From Dicyema japonicum (Eukaryota; Animalia; Dicyemida), in NCBI GenBank assembly GCA_011109175.1, contig RDEW01000009.1, positions 764,875 through 828,874 of the forward strand: a stretch of 64,000 bases of DNA. The letters are read 5' to 3'. The position numbers were made by a program, and so were the translations under genes. The first letter of the stretch is position 1. The number at the start of each line of letters is the position of its first letter. Below the pieces are notes generated by a model. That model ran no database searches. It saw only the letters and a list, made by a program, of their open reading frames with translations, and was not told where the DNA came from. Below, one piece after another: positions 1-12,152 of the stretch.

Positions 1-393
1 TAAGTGACATTCATAAGCCTTCGAAATGACAACGTCCCATGTTATAATAATATGTATGGCTTAGAATGGAGCATCATAAAGTAGCTTAAGCTCTCCAGCC
101 AATAAATCGTATTTATGCAACTTTTCTACTACTGGTTATTTGAGCGAATATCCTAGGAGAGAATAGCCACGCAGTCAGGGCAGCCTCTATATAACCGTTA
201 CTCTAGTTTCTTCAAAAAAATTTAACTTTTCTACTTAAGTGTGCTTTAATTTTTTTGTGTGCTTTAATAATCCTTAAGAAGTAATTTCAAGAAGTACAAT
301 TTTATTCTTCTCCTCATCGTGGAAAAAATATCAAATGATTTATATTAACTAGTATTACCAGTCTTAACAAATAATATAGTAAAAGAAAATTAT

Positions 394-466
394 CGACCAC
401 GCTGGGACTCGAACCCAGAATCTCCCGATCCGTAGTCGGGTGCGTTATCCATTGCGCCACGCGGCC
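394..466 (-). tRNA. tRNA-Arg(ACG)
   Basis: Reverse complement GGCCGCGTGGCGCAATGGATAACGCACCCGACTACGGATCGGGAGATTCTGGGTTCGAGTCCCAGCGTGGTCG folds as a 73-nt cloverleaf. The anticodon arm is CCCGA-CT-ACG-GA-TCGGG and the T-loop is GGTTCGAGTCC. Confidence 0.96.
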
Positions 467-2044
467 GACAATTGTCTAATTTATACTTAATAGCACAGTA
501 ATTATTTATCGGCTAACTAAGCTTAAACTCATATTTGAAATGTCATCGATCACGTGGTTTATCCTTAGGAATTACATCATAAAACAAATGCAAGTTACGT
601 TAGTAAATTAGAAGGGCCACCAATGTTTTTCTTCATCAGAAGCTTTTTATCCTTATCAAAATTACCCAAATCTTAAATGATTTGACCAGCAAAATTATCT
701 ACGGTCCAGCATTTTTCTATTTAATGGCCGATCCCAAATTTGAAAATTCGTAGAGAGCTAATCTTCGATTAGACTTGTCATAATGAAATAAACAAAGTCG
801 AAATTGAATACCATATTTTTAATGGCACAATTTCTTTCATGTGAGCTGGAAATAAAGTGATGTTGCCACGATTAATCATCGACGTGACTAGAGACCAATT
901 ATCATTGAGTAATTGCGCTCCTTCGCGGATATGAAGACACAGATAAGATTGCGAATTTTTTTAGAGCCCTGACTCAATTTTTGTAGAAGATCTAAACTAA
1001 AAAAAAGTTAGCTTCGGCTGCGGGACAACCAATCAAGGTAGACATCTGTTGAAGACTCTCTGATAGTATGGGATTTAAAGTGCTATCATAGCCAACACTA
1101 CCCTCCATTTAGTGGAGACAACTATGAGTTTTTTCTAGTTTCCCCAAGCTGTTCTGACACTTTTGAATCACCCAGTCTTTCTACGGGATATAAGAAGTTA
1201 GAATGAATTTCTCTTAACGAAATAATGATCTTAAAAAGCTAATAAGAGAGCTGAAAACCATTGACGACCTGAACTCTGAGATCGCTAACAACAAAAAAAC
1301 ATGGAAAAGATCGATATTCAAAAATCTGTCTTCTACTGCGAATGCGGATCTACATGAAAGTGCTTATTGTTTATTTTTGCTGGATTGGATTTAGATCAAA
1401 GTTTTTAGCTGCCAATAAAATATTTGACTTGAAAGGAAAATTCATATAAGATATCTAAGCAGAAGAAAAGAGGACCTTCAGAACCCTCATCTCCTCTCGC
1501 CTGTTACGTCTTAAGAAAAGGACGTTTTTTATTTTCATGAGTCATCATCTTCTTCCTTATATCCAGATGTGAAACCTGTTTTTTATACAAAGACCGTATA
1601 CAGGCCACCTGGTAGGACTTGCGAAAGAAGAAAACTCTTTTAAACATTAGTTAGTTAAGTAACTCTAGCCTCACTAACTTGTAGGAGGCCATCAGCTGTT
1701 AAATAGGACGCAGCAGATGTTGGTCGCTCCCATAGATCGCTCAGTCCCGACATTGTAGACGAACGTTGTGATCTGTTGGTTGTCATAATAATTTTTCTTT
1801 TGTTTTGCGGTTTGCATAGAGAGTAGCAGGGATGTTCTAGGCTGCATGCTTGGAGAGGAACTGCAGGACTCTCATTTCCAGATGGTCTCCAATTGGGAAG
1901 ATCTTTGATTCACTTTGAACATTCATTAATTTTATTTATATGCAGATTAATTTCATAACTTGATAATTGAAAATCGAAATGTTAATTTAAAATTATAAAT
2001 TTTAAATTAATTATATAATATTTATTAAAAATTATTTTAACATT

Positions 2045-2050
2045 CACGTG
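2045..2050. promoter_or_regulatory. E-box (CACGTG) 9 nt upstream of the NOG1 start codon
   Basis: Perfect CACGTG sits at the end of an AT-rich promoter tract. Function is inferred only; a 6-mer occurs often by chance. Confidence 0.25.
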
Positions 2051-2058
2051 CTTGTGTT

Positions 2059-4204
2059 ATGGTACAATACAACTTTCGTGGAATAACAGTTGTTCCCTCT
2101 TCTAAAGTACAATAAAACTAATAAACCAAAGGATTTCATCGAATTTACCTTGTCTAAAACTCAACGGAAAACTCCCACTGTTATTCACAAGCGTGAAAAA
2201 CTATCCAAAATCCGCCAGTTCTACCTTCGTAAAATAAAATTCACCCAACAAAATTTCCACGATCGTCTCAACTCCATCGTTACTCAATTCCCCAAACTAG
2301 ATGTTCTTTTATAAACTAACCAATTAGGAAGTCCATCCCTTCTATACTGATCTCATGAACATACTATACGACAGAGATCACTACAAACTGGCTCTCGGGC
2401 AAATAAACACGGCGAAAAACCTGATAGACAAGTTTTCGCTCGTGCAATTTCTAGTGTGGCACGTGACTACACTCGTCTCATTAAGTTGGGTGACTCACTC
2501 TTTCGGTGTAAGCAACTAAAAAGAGCAGCTCTGGGGAGGATGGTTACCCTCATTAGAAGACAAAAATCATCATTGGAGTACCTTGAGCAAGTTCGCCAGC
2601 ATTTGAGTCGTCTCCCAACGATTGACCCAACCACACGGACTTTAATTGTATGTGGGTATCCTAACGTGGGAAAGTCCAGTTTTCTAAACACGGTGTGATT
2701 GTTACTAATTCCAGATTACACGTGCTAATGTCGAGGTTCAGAGTTATGCATTTACTACAAAGTCCCTGTATGTTGGTCACACTGATTATAATTATCTGAG
2801 ATGGCAGGTTGAGTTGCTTCCACATGCTGTAGGTCATTGATACTCCTGGTATATTGGATCATGCCTTGGAGGAGAGAAATACCATTGAAATGCAGGCTGT
2901 GACTGCGCTTGCTCATCTAAAGGCTGCGATTTTGTATGTGGTTGATCCTTCTGAGTCTTGTGGATATTCTCTGGATCAACAATTCGACCTATTTATGAAT
3001 ATTATGCCGCTTTTTACTGGGAAACCTTTGATTGTGTGTTCAAACAAATGTGATGTGGCCCCTTTGGCATCATTAGACGTGGAAAAGACGGTTTTATACA
3101 TTTGACAATTCTAGGCGGTAATTGAACGATTTAAGACTGATGGGGGAGCCGAGATCTTTGAAATGAGTACTCTGTCTGGAGAAGGAATCGAGAAAGTCAA
3201 GTCAGAAGCCTGCGATCGGTTATTCTTTAATTTTACTAAAGTCTGCTTGAAATGAGAGTTGAGGCTAAACTCAAATCAAAGGCTGGGAATGTTCTTCTCA
3301 ACCGAGTTCACGTGGCTCAGCCAGTACCAAGAGATGACAAGGTCTTTAGTTTTGAGTTATTCCAGCCAAGACTCCCCTTTATTCCTCAGGAATTTATTGA
3401 CAACAAAGGGTCCAAGACAGACAAGAAGCTGGAGAGGGATATTGAACTGGAAATGGGGGATGATTATGTAACAGATTATAAAAGTTAGTTTTGTCTGAGA
3501 ATTTAGAAAACTACGACCTCCCTGATGAGTATAATATGACATAATCCCTGAATTCTACAACGGACATAATGTGGCCGATTTTGTAGATTTGGGGTATTCG
3601 AGGTTTCTTTATACCATCATCTGTAGCGTTTGAGTAAGCTGAACCTGGAGGAAGAGCTGCGGGAACAGGCAGGATTTTATGATCCTCCACCGAGCGATGA
3701 TGAGAACACAAAGCGCATAAAAGAGACTGCCAGACGGTGCTATGTGTATGATTAGTGTAGTATTCGTTCTCAGAAACATCTTCTTATTCAGAAGGGACGA
3801 GTTAAGCGGAAAATTAAGCGCAAGCCTTCTCGTACAATGCACAGACTGCAGCTTGATAGCACTGAAACTCGAATTCGCAGGTCAGGAGAATCATATGATC
3901 CCTCAATGGTTGTACTTTTTTTTATTTTTAGTTCCGTAAGTTGAAGAGTTCTTCCAATATTGTTCGACATTCTATTAGTAAAAGGGGGGAGACTAACAAA
4001 GTGGTCGCAAAACAAAATATTGGGAAATCCCTTATGGGGCTTAAGGATGATAATGCTGTGCGCAAAGTCATCAAGATGCAGAGACAGGGACAACGACAGA
4101 GAGCTTTGGAGGCACGTAAAGGTGAAGGTGATAGGCATGTTCCTAATTTACGCCCCAAACATCTTCTTAGTGGAAAAAGGAAATTTAAAGCTAACCATCG
4201 TTAA
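2059..4204 (+). CDS. GTPBP4: Nucleolar GTP-binding protein 1 (NOG1/GTPBP4), more than 10 tiny introns
   Basis: Spliced translation gives [36 protein letters not shown]..., G1 [18 protein letters not shown]3 DTPGILD, G4 NKCD and C-terminal [17 protein letters not shown]. Example introns: 2107-2131, 2303-2327, 2432-2454, 2693-2714. A few 1-nt indels occur (e.g. about 3535). Confidence 0.97.
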
Positions 4205-4659
4205 TTTTTTCAGTTAATGAATATTTCTTTTAATTTTTTTTAAATCACCAATAATCTTGTCAGATGTGAGGGTATACCTGGAAGATGGGCTGCATCAACT
4301 ATGGTTCGACTTAACATTTTGCAAAGTACGGAGGATGTCCAATTACTAAAACTGCTGGACTAAATTTTCGAAACAACTTGACAAAGTATATCCAATAGAA
4401 GCCCGTGGAATGTCATGTTTCAAAGAAGACCGCGTCACATGTGTCTAACAATTCAGGAAGATAAAAATCTTGGCCTGCAAAACCAGCTATGGTTAAACCC
4501 AAACAGGAGAAGTACTTGAGGGAACTGTCATCTAACCTCTCTGAGAGAGTATCTAACGAGTTGAAGGAGATAACATGACGGCTGAAGGGGTTATGTACAA
4601 TAGCGAAAATAAATTTAAAGGAAGTGGTGACTATAGCTATGGAGGGACCAGGCCACTAG

Positions 4660-5930
4660 ATAGTTTGCTAACAGGAGGTCCAAAAATAGTATTTGTGAAT
4701 GTCCACTCCTCCTTAAGGAAAAAGTGTGATGAAGCACTGCTTGCGACGACCTATAAGTGAGATATTATGGTGGTTTATGAAATGAAACTCAAGAAGACTG
4801 ACAGTCACATACTGAAAAGATACCATTCTGTGGATATTCTATGAAACATGACATTATTTTTTTTTCGTCCTCACTTTTCGCTTATGTGGATATTCAAGAC
4901 CGTATTTTCTGTCTTCAAACGATATTCACAAGACCGTATTTTTCTTCTTCAAACGATAGTGTTGACACATTGAAGAAAATAATTTCTTACGTGTCAGTGA
5001 GTTGACGTCCAGACTGTTTCTTTCAGTTGAATTTGGAAGTCCTGAAGACCATAGCTAGCCAAAGGCAGCTGAATCTGATTGGATGTTTCTAAGGCATGAC
5101 AATTTTTGGCATGAAGCCTTTCTGGCTCAGCATGTATCAGCGAATGTTTCAAGATATTTGACTAAATAAGAAATTTCCTAACTTTAAGAGAGCCCTGTGT
5201 AATAATTGGAGTAGCTATTTCCAGCGGGATCTCGCTTATTGGGGGGTCTTACAAAGCTCAATGCTGAGCCCAATCTTATTTAATATCTTCACGGTGAGTT
5301 ACAACCGAGTTATAATTCTGGAGTATTAATCTATGCGGACGATATTATTGTAATGGATTCGGTGTTCTCAGAAAGGAGACTTAGTGATTATATGAGCATT
5401 ATCAAAAATTTTTGTAGCATATGGGATTAAAACCAACATGCGGAAAGGCTAAAACGCTATGTATCACTCTAGTAAGAGAACATTTAAAACAAAAATACAC
5501 GCTACAGGTGAAGAACGTACAATATTAGGGTGTGACTATTGACCGTAGTGGAGTATATATGGAAGATATCAGAGTAAGGAAGAAGAAAGCTCTCCAAGCT
5601 CTTCTATGTATTCGCAAGCTACGCGTCAAGAATCATAGTTTTCTATTCATTTTCGGGGGATAATTATATCAAATTTACTTTATGGATAGTGGATGGTTTT
5701 TCTCCATGAAGAAGATAGAATAATGTTTCAACTGGAGAAAATAGGAAAGCGGTTATTAAATTGGCGGTAGGAAAGGGATTACGTGATGAGCTAGACGAGG
5801 AAGAAGATATACTACTCAACCCGATCAAGTGTGTGGTGTGGAGGATAAACGGTTTCATGATGAGTCCAAAATCTAGTACTCGTACGTATCAATGAGGACC
5901 AATTAAGCAGAAGAGATAACTGGAGAAGTG
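4660..5930 (+). mobile_element. Degenerate LINE (APE endonuclease and RT fragments), with an unrelated fragment at about 4850-5200
   Basis: KIVFVNVHSS...DIMVVYEMKLK resembles the APE N-terminus seen at 39114-39434. GVLQSSMLSPILFNIF and LIYADDII are RT motifs. Many stops. Confidence 0.7.
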
Positions 5931-6509
5931 CCAAAGCCAAGTAGCAAAACTAAAATACTATACTTTCCGACTAACTCCTAAATTCTGTCATTAACACAGC
6001 TAAATTAGTTTCTCGCTTGCTTTATTTTAAAGTTTGCCTTGTAAAACTAATGGAATTTAGACATAATTCCATAACACTGGGATTTTGATCATGAGAGTAA
6101 CTCCTATTTAATTTTATTAACCCCGGAATCACGAGAAAGAGGACAAAAGTTATCGTCCAATTAAGTGATCCAAGTGTCCATATCAGTCCGTTTCCTGAGG
6201 TTAGTTTTGGAGTCCTGGATTAATCTCCACAACGGGGAAGGTTTCTTAACGTATCTAGGCAGGCGCACAAATATAGTTTGATGTCCGGCCCGTGGGTATG
6301 GTTAGGGGACTTTGCCATCTTGAGGAATTGGCGTTCCGTAAGGTATTCCGTGATTAGGGGGATGCTTAGTTTTCCCCGTAGTAAATATGTGGCCGTCTTT
6401 TTTTCGACTATAACTCCTATTGCGTGCTTAATGCCTGCAGACTATAATGAATACCTGATTATAATAATTGATTTTATTTATTTTGTTATTAAAAAATAAA
6501 TTAAAATAA

Positions 6510-6870
6510 TCAAAGCAATTTATTACGCAACAAAAAATAGAAATAATCCAGTTGAGATAATTGAGTCCTGTTTCTTTTGGAAAAGCCACTAACAACTCCT
6601 AGAAAAATCCTTTGGAAAAGCCACTCGGTTACCCGACACTCGTTACTCTCTTTCGATATCATAGACCAAACCGATCTTATAAGAGAGACCGTCTCTACGA
6701 CAACAGGTCGTACATATAATCTGGTGGAGAGTCTGTTGTATTTTATTATTTTGAAATTCTCGAATGTTCCAGCAGCCTCACCTGCTTTCAACGCGGAGTC
6801 TGAAAGTCTTGACTGGGAAAAGATGTATTTGCAAGCCACGAATCAAGCATCTCCCCTGAGAAAAGGATAA
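6510..6870 (-). mobile_element. CRE-clade non-LTR retrotransposon 3' remnant
   Basis: Minus ORF contains YVRPVVVETVS...RVTEWLFQRIFLGVVSG, matching the CRE restriction-like endonuclease C-terminus. It is homologous to 34050-34225, 37040-37150 and 18075-18278. Confidence 0.7.
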
Positions 6871-7519
6871 AACAGTTATCACATCGAGGTGCTTTCCATC
6901 CCCACGATCGAGGCCCAAAAAATTAAAATTATTCATCCAAGGTTATCAACTTATTGAAGTGGATGACCTCCTTGATTGTGTCAGATGCTTGGTGCTTTCC
7001 GTCACGTCCATTTTTCGAATGATCAAAGAAGGAAAGTATCTCCGCTTAGCTAAATTAATCATCAAGTTTAAAATGGAAGCAACAACGCTTGTGTGACTAA
7101 GAAACGATGCGAATATGGTAACAAATCCACAGCCAGATTTTTAACTGTCAATAATTCGAACACGTGACATGTTTTTGTAGACATGGGCAGAGATATCTCC
7201 TTTGCTGCACATAGAATCAGGAAGACTGCACGTATAATCAACAGCGTTCATGGAGGTCCCCTGAGTGGGCTCAGATAAGATTTGAGGAAAGCCTAGGTTG
7301 AGGCTCTAGTGGTTTTCACTTCTGACACTACAATGTTTAAAATTGATGTTCCGATCTCTATTTGGGGCGCCCCTCCGAGGTGGGGCACTTTTATTTTGGG
7401 GATAACTCCTTTTTTGAAGCGCTCTATAAATTTTCTACAAAAGTATGACAAATCAATTGAATTTAGCACTTCTATTTGGGTCATCAATTTTTTATTATAT
7501 TTTTCTTCTGAAATTTATG

Positions 7520-8070
7520 GAATTTTACTCTGTCCAAAAATTCGTGGATGACAGGAGACATTTTTGCATCCTGGCTTTAAAAAATGGATGAAAAAATGAT
7601 TTTCAAAAAATAGAAATCTTAATGTTATTGGATAACGCTGCTACAAAATATCAACTTTTCTAAAAATATACGACGCCATTTCTTCAAACTATTGGATGCT
7701 TGAATCATTAAAAATTTCAACGATAATTATTTAAACTGTCTAATCGATTTCTTATGTTTTCTAGACGACCAGAATTTGTTTATCGAATCCCTATCCAAAT
7801 TGAATTTTCGGTAAATAGTAATAATAATCTGCATGGAGTAATGTATCTGCTGAAATTATTTATAACTGCTGAAAAAAATTTTTTCGACAATATCTCAGTT
7901 AAATTGCATAAATGAATCTGAAGAAATATTAAATAATGTTATTGATGAATGTTTCGATGAAATTGAAGATAATGATGCACATCTCTATGAGGATATATAC
8001 CGAACCTTCAAAATCAAAAACTTTGTTTGATGAAAAACCTAGAGGAAAACATTTTTGATTTGATTCCATA
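7520..8070 (+). mobile_element. pogo/Tigger DDE_1 transposase remnant
   Basis: Frameshifted SKNSWMTGDIFASW...ILMLLDNAAT and SAWSNVSAEIIYNC motifs. Confidence 0.7.
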
Positions 8071-8739
8071 CTTTCTTCATGATTTTTATGAATTCAAAAA
8101 AAGTGACGGTAGGAATAAAAAATAAATATGAAAAGAAAAAACTGATTACTTTAAAAAATAATGTTCTTTTTGTTTATTTATCGAGCTATATAGAAAACCT
8201 CTGTTTTGGGGAAACCTCTGATTTTGAGCATTACGTGCCCCAATTAGAGGTCGAACTGTATTCTCAGGGAGATTGTTTGAAGCGAGTGTCAACACACGTG
8301 ACATTCTTGTTGTCGTAGAAAAAGCTGTTTTGTAGGATGCCTATCCTCCAGAATTTTCACTTGTTCGGGAATCATAAACTCGAAATTAGGACCGACGACT
8401 CTTGTGGCTTGGTCAACTTACATGGAAGAACTAAAAACTGTCATTGATCAAAATGCACTTGGGATTATGATATCGCTCGTCATGTAGTCGGCAGTTTCTG
8501 GTAACTGTGGACTTAATTTCACAGATAAAAAGAACACTTATTTTTCCCAATCCAAGAAGAATGTCTTTCCTGAACAGCCACCTTTCTGATCTTCCTCACA
8601 CGACTTGATGGAAGCCCGGCTGATGCTCAAGAAACAAAACTGTCTCCATCCACTCCCACCATCTTCCCGGTTATTACACTATCTGACGTGACCGCCATCT
8701 GGCCGCGGTAGTGAAGTGATTACACTAATTGAAGTAAAT

Positions 8740-9080
8740 TACCTACACGAATGCAAAATATGTCCATTTCCCCCTCAACATCACCCTATTGAATATGTAT
8801 GTACCCCTCCCAGTCCTGTCTCAAAGAGTTCAGGTTCTCACTTCTAGATGTCCACAATACCAATAATCTGTTATTACATAATGACCTGAATGCAAAGTAT
8901 CTGATGTGGTTCAAGAATCAGCCAGAAAATGCCAAGAGAAGCCAATTATTATCGGAATCTGGATAAACTTTATATTTTGAACAACTTTATATTCAATACA
9001 AGAACTCTTTACAGAGCAAACGACAGGCCGTTCTCTTCTGACCTTTCGCTTGCTTCCCCAAATATCGCTACACTAGCCAA
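8740..9080 (+). mobile_element. LINE APE endonuclease remnant
   Basis: ITLLNMYVP...NDLNAKYLMW...SDLSLASP resembles the APE GDFNA-H-W and DL motifs. Degenerate. Confidence 0.5.
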
Positions 9081-9171
9081 TTGATCAGTGCTATACAATA
9101 TCAGTAGTGTTCATAACCCAATACTTAGCACGTTTAAAGAAAGAGTGTCCACTGAAAAGAAACCCACATTA

Positions 9172-9530
9172 ATGATGTCCAAGTTATATAAATAAATAAT
9201 ACACAAGTAAATCTATATTTTAAAATTTTAATTTTTTAGATTTGTTATCAACTAATATTGAAAGTGCTTTAATAATAATATCAACTAATACAGATATGAG
9301 AAGTCGCAAGGTTTTTATGAACGAAAGTCTATTTATCACTTCGATCAGTAAAAAGAGTTTGAACAGGTGTAATACAAAAGATCGAAAGCTGTGAACTCGA
9401 GGATCCTACTTTCGGTGATCTTTACAAGACAGTAGGCCGAAAAAGACTCAAAGGTCCGAAGTTAGATTGAGTATATATAACTTGGACATCATTTATGGGA
9501 ATTGGGTCAACATTTATGAAATTGAGTGTA
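9172..9530. mobile_element. Tc1/mariner-like MITE relic; inverted sister copy at about 21780-22040
   Basis: About 190 bp of 9180-9390 recurs in reverse complement at about 21820-21975. An internal inverted repeat AATGATGTCCAAGTTATATA / TATATAACTTGGACATCATT is present, and both copies end in TTGAGTGTA. Confidence 0.55.
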
Positions 9531-9635
9531 TTAACTGACTACAAAATGTCGACTAGGGAAAGTTTGCATACCTCGTCGGCTATTAACTGACTACAAAAAT
9601 GTCGACTAGGGAAAGTTTGCATACCTCGTCGGCTA
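9531..9635. repeat. Tandem duplication of a 52-bp unit
   Basis: TTAACTGACTACAAAATGTCGACTAGGGAAAGTTTGCATACCTCGTCGGCTA occurs twice, with a 1-nt difference. Confidence 0.9.
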
Positions 9636-10159
9636 TTACTTATATGGTTCCACCCAGGTAACTTCGAGTGTCTTGATAACGCATTATAATACTTCAATAG
9701 TATAGTGAGTGAGGACATGAAGATTTTCATTAAAAGAAAACCAATCCGTTTCACCAAGAAACCTTCCCTGAAACCGAAGAAATTACTTAAAAAGTCTACA
9801 GAATCAATTCTGGGAAATCAGGGATAGAATTCGTGCCTTGGGGAAAGAGATCAGAAAACGGCCAAGAAAAAGCAAAAGAGGGTCTAGAATAACGTCATGT
9901 CCACTGAACATCCTCACTTCGGGCTTCACCAACTCTGGGTGGGCGCCTTTTTTCGGTGACAAGAACTTCCTTAAACAAGATCATGAAGAATTATTCCTCC
10001 GTGAGTTTTATCCCTTTCATCAATCAAACCCAAGCGTAACGCCACCACAATAATTCTTTCAACGGATGACGTGGGAAAGACGATTCAGAATTAAAACCCG
10101 TTTTTTGTTTCATTACTCAAAGTTCGAAGCCGGAGTGTTAACTCTGTAGTTGCCGATTA

Positions 10160-10950
10160 GTTTTTTGAGACGATTTCTTTTTTTAATTGACTCGACACGA
10201 ATACTGACTTCGTATCCAAGTTAGGATTGTTAGCATTAGCGAGCACTCTATCAAGGAAGGTAAAGTCATCCTAACAAAGATTCAGAACGTAGTTGTCAGC
10301 GAATGTAGGAAAGTGTATAAACTCGATAAGTTAGTAGTTATATTACCACGAACTCATCTCTCAAAAAAGTTTCACTATTGATTTTCATTAGTATAGACTT
10401 ATGGTGACTTAGTGAGTGAGTGATCATGTAGTGATTGAAAACAGGAAAGGAGCAGAATGTGATATCCAGTGAATGTTTGATTTTCTTGTGTTTTTAAGAG
10501 ATAACTGATGGCTGCCTGTGTACTATTTTTGCGACAACAGTAATATTTCACTTGCAAAGATAAAGTACTGTTTTGCAGTCTTTTCCCTGCAGATCAGAAC
10601 GTCATCCAAATTAGATTTGGTAGATAAATCATCCTTAGAATAGTACTTGGTCATGGACCGGGTGGAAGTGCTTATAAGCTCGCATTTCACCTTTTGTAGT
10701 TTAAAGTGTATACCAATGATCTGAGAGATTGAGAATCGGATTCGTCGGTATTCTTTTCAATGGCTCCTCGAAGACCACAAGGTCCACCTTCTTGTCTAGA
10801 CCATCTTTCATTTCCTGCTATTTTAGATCTATATGACTGAATCCTAAATTCTGAACTAAGGAAGTATCGGATGCACAAAGTACCCGATTTCGAATTTCAC
10901 CTGTCTAAAGTCATAAATAACAAAATCTATGTTGCTAATAACAAATTAAT
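10160..10950 (-). CDS. Hypothetical intron-containing gene, no homologue recognised
   Basis: Open frames join across 18-25 nt GT-AG segments (e.g. GTATACACTTTAAACTACAAAAG, GTAATATAACTACTAACTTATCGAG) to give ...RSLVKCELISTSTRSMTKYYSKDDL...ETFLRDEFVFIHFPTF...KKEIVSKN*. Start unclear; at least one frameshift is needed. Confidence 0.4.
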
Positions 10951-11049
10951 TAAAGTAGTTGCTCAGTACATCTTTCTTCTATTGGGGCAAACTTTCCCCA
11001 TTCAGATGGCCAGGTCTTCGTTGACGAGGATTTCTAATTCAGAGACTTC

Positions 11050-11400
11050 CCTGGTTTGATATTCAGCCTTTCCTCTCTCGCCACAACTTGAAGAATATCT
11101 TTAAAGAATTTTGAGACAATTCTGTCACAAGAAAATTTGAACTATTTTCACATTGGCGTTGTGAATTATCGCAAGTTCATTGGCCAGCAGTCATACTTGT
11201 AGAACTTGTCTACTTCAACCTGCTTAAGGCAATTTTGCGAATTGATCCAACCTCGATAAGCGTGATTGTTTTCCTCTTCTTGTCATGAAAAAAATGTACA
11301 TGTTGCTTGTTACAGCCGTGATCATGATGTCTACTCGAGTCTCTGCAAATTTGTTTGGGACAACAATAAGATGCAACAAGCGGCATCATTGTCGCGTTTA
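11050..11400 (-). mobile_element. R4-clade retrotransposon endonuclease remnant
   Basis: DKKRKTITLIEVG...QVEVDKFYKYD..ANELA, homologous to the C-terminus of 49343-51313. Confidence 0.75.
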
Positions 11401-12152
11401 TTATTGACTGGAAATATTTTTTAACCTTTGCTGACAGCTGTGTTTTTTTCGTGCTTCTCTAAAAGGTTAGTTAGATTTATATTTTATAAAATTTAATTTA
11501 GCCAAACCTTTGTATAAAGGGGGTTGTTTCAGAGCTCTGAAGAGGCAGGTTAGAGAATCCAAAATCGAAATTACACAATCAGCACAGATGGAAAAAATAA
11601 AAATAAGGAGTGGCATTGGACTCTGAGTTTGCGGTGATTTGTCCTCTCAAAATCTCAACCAGAAAATAGATTTCAGAAAAGTAGCAACTGAAAAATTTTT
11701 TGTTTCCATCATCTTTAGGATATTCACAAACAGGATTCAGCTTATCAGTTTTTGAAAGCGTATTTTAATGTTAAAATGATTATACTGCTAGCAATAATAA
11801 CAGAAAGTTTAAGATTCGAATTGAAGCTAGGAGATCCAAGGTCAAAATTTTGAAGATGTCTGCAAACGTTTTACAAAGACGTTTTGATATATAAATAGAT
11901 TTATAGTTTTCATGATTATATTTATTTTCAAGTAAAGGAAGCAGGTGGCTGACAGTAAAGAGCCACCGAAAGTGGACACTTTTAGAGATCTGTCAGCTAT
12001 ATCTGATGTGGCACATGAATCGAAGACTGATCAGGACAACAAGTGGGAAGATTATAAAAATTTCAACATAAAACTCACTAATATAAGAAAAATAACACGG
12101 AATAATATAAATCATGAATAAACAATAAAATACATAGTAAATGTTCTAAAAA

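Noticed and set aside
1500-1930. Possible small gene divergent from NOG1
   Set aside because: An ORF can be forced with two short introns, but the peptide is unrecognisable and other frames are equally plausible.
3520-3560. Frameshifts in NOG1, NAT10, DMC1, SF3A1 and the R4 ORF as programmed frameshifting or pseudogenisation
   Set aside because: They are single-base indels in short homopolymers in essential genes with otherwise conserved sequence, most simply explained as sequencing or consensus errors.
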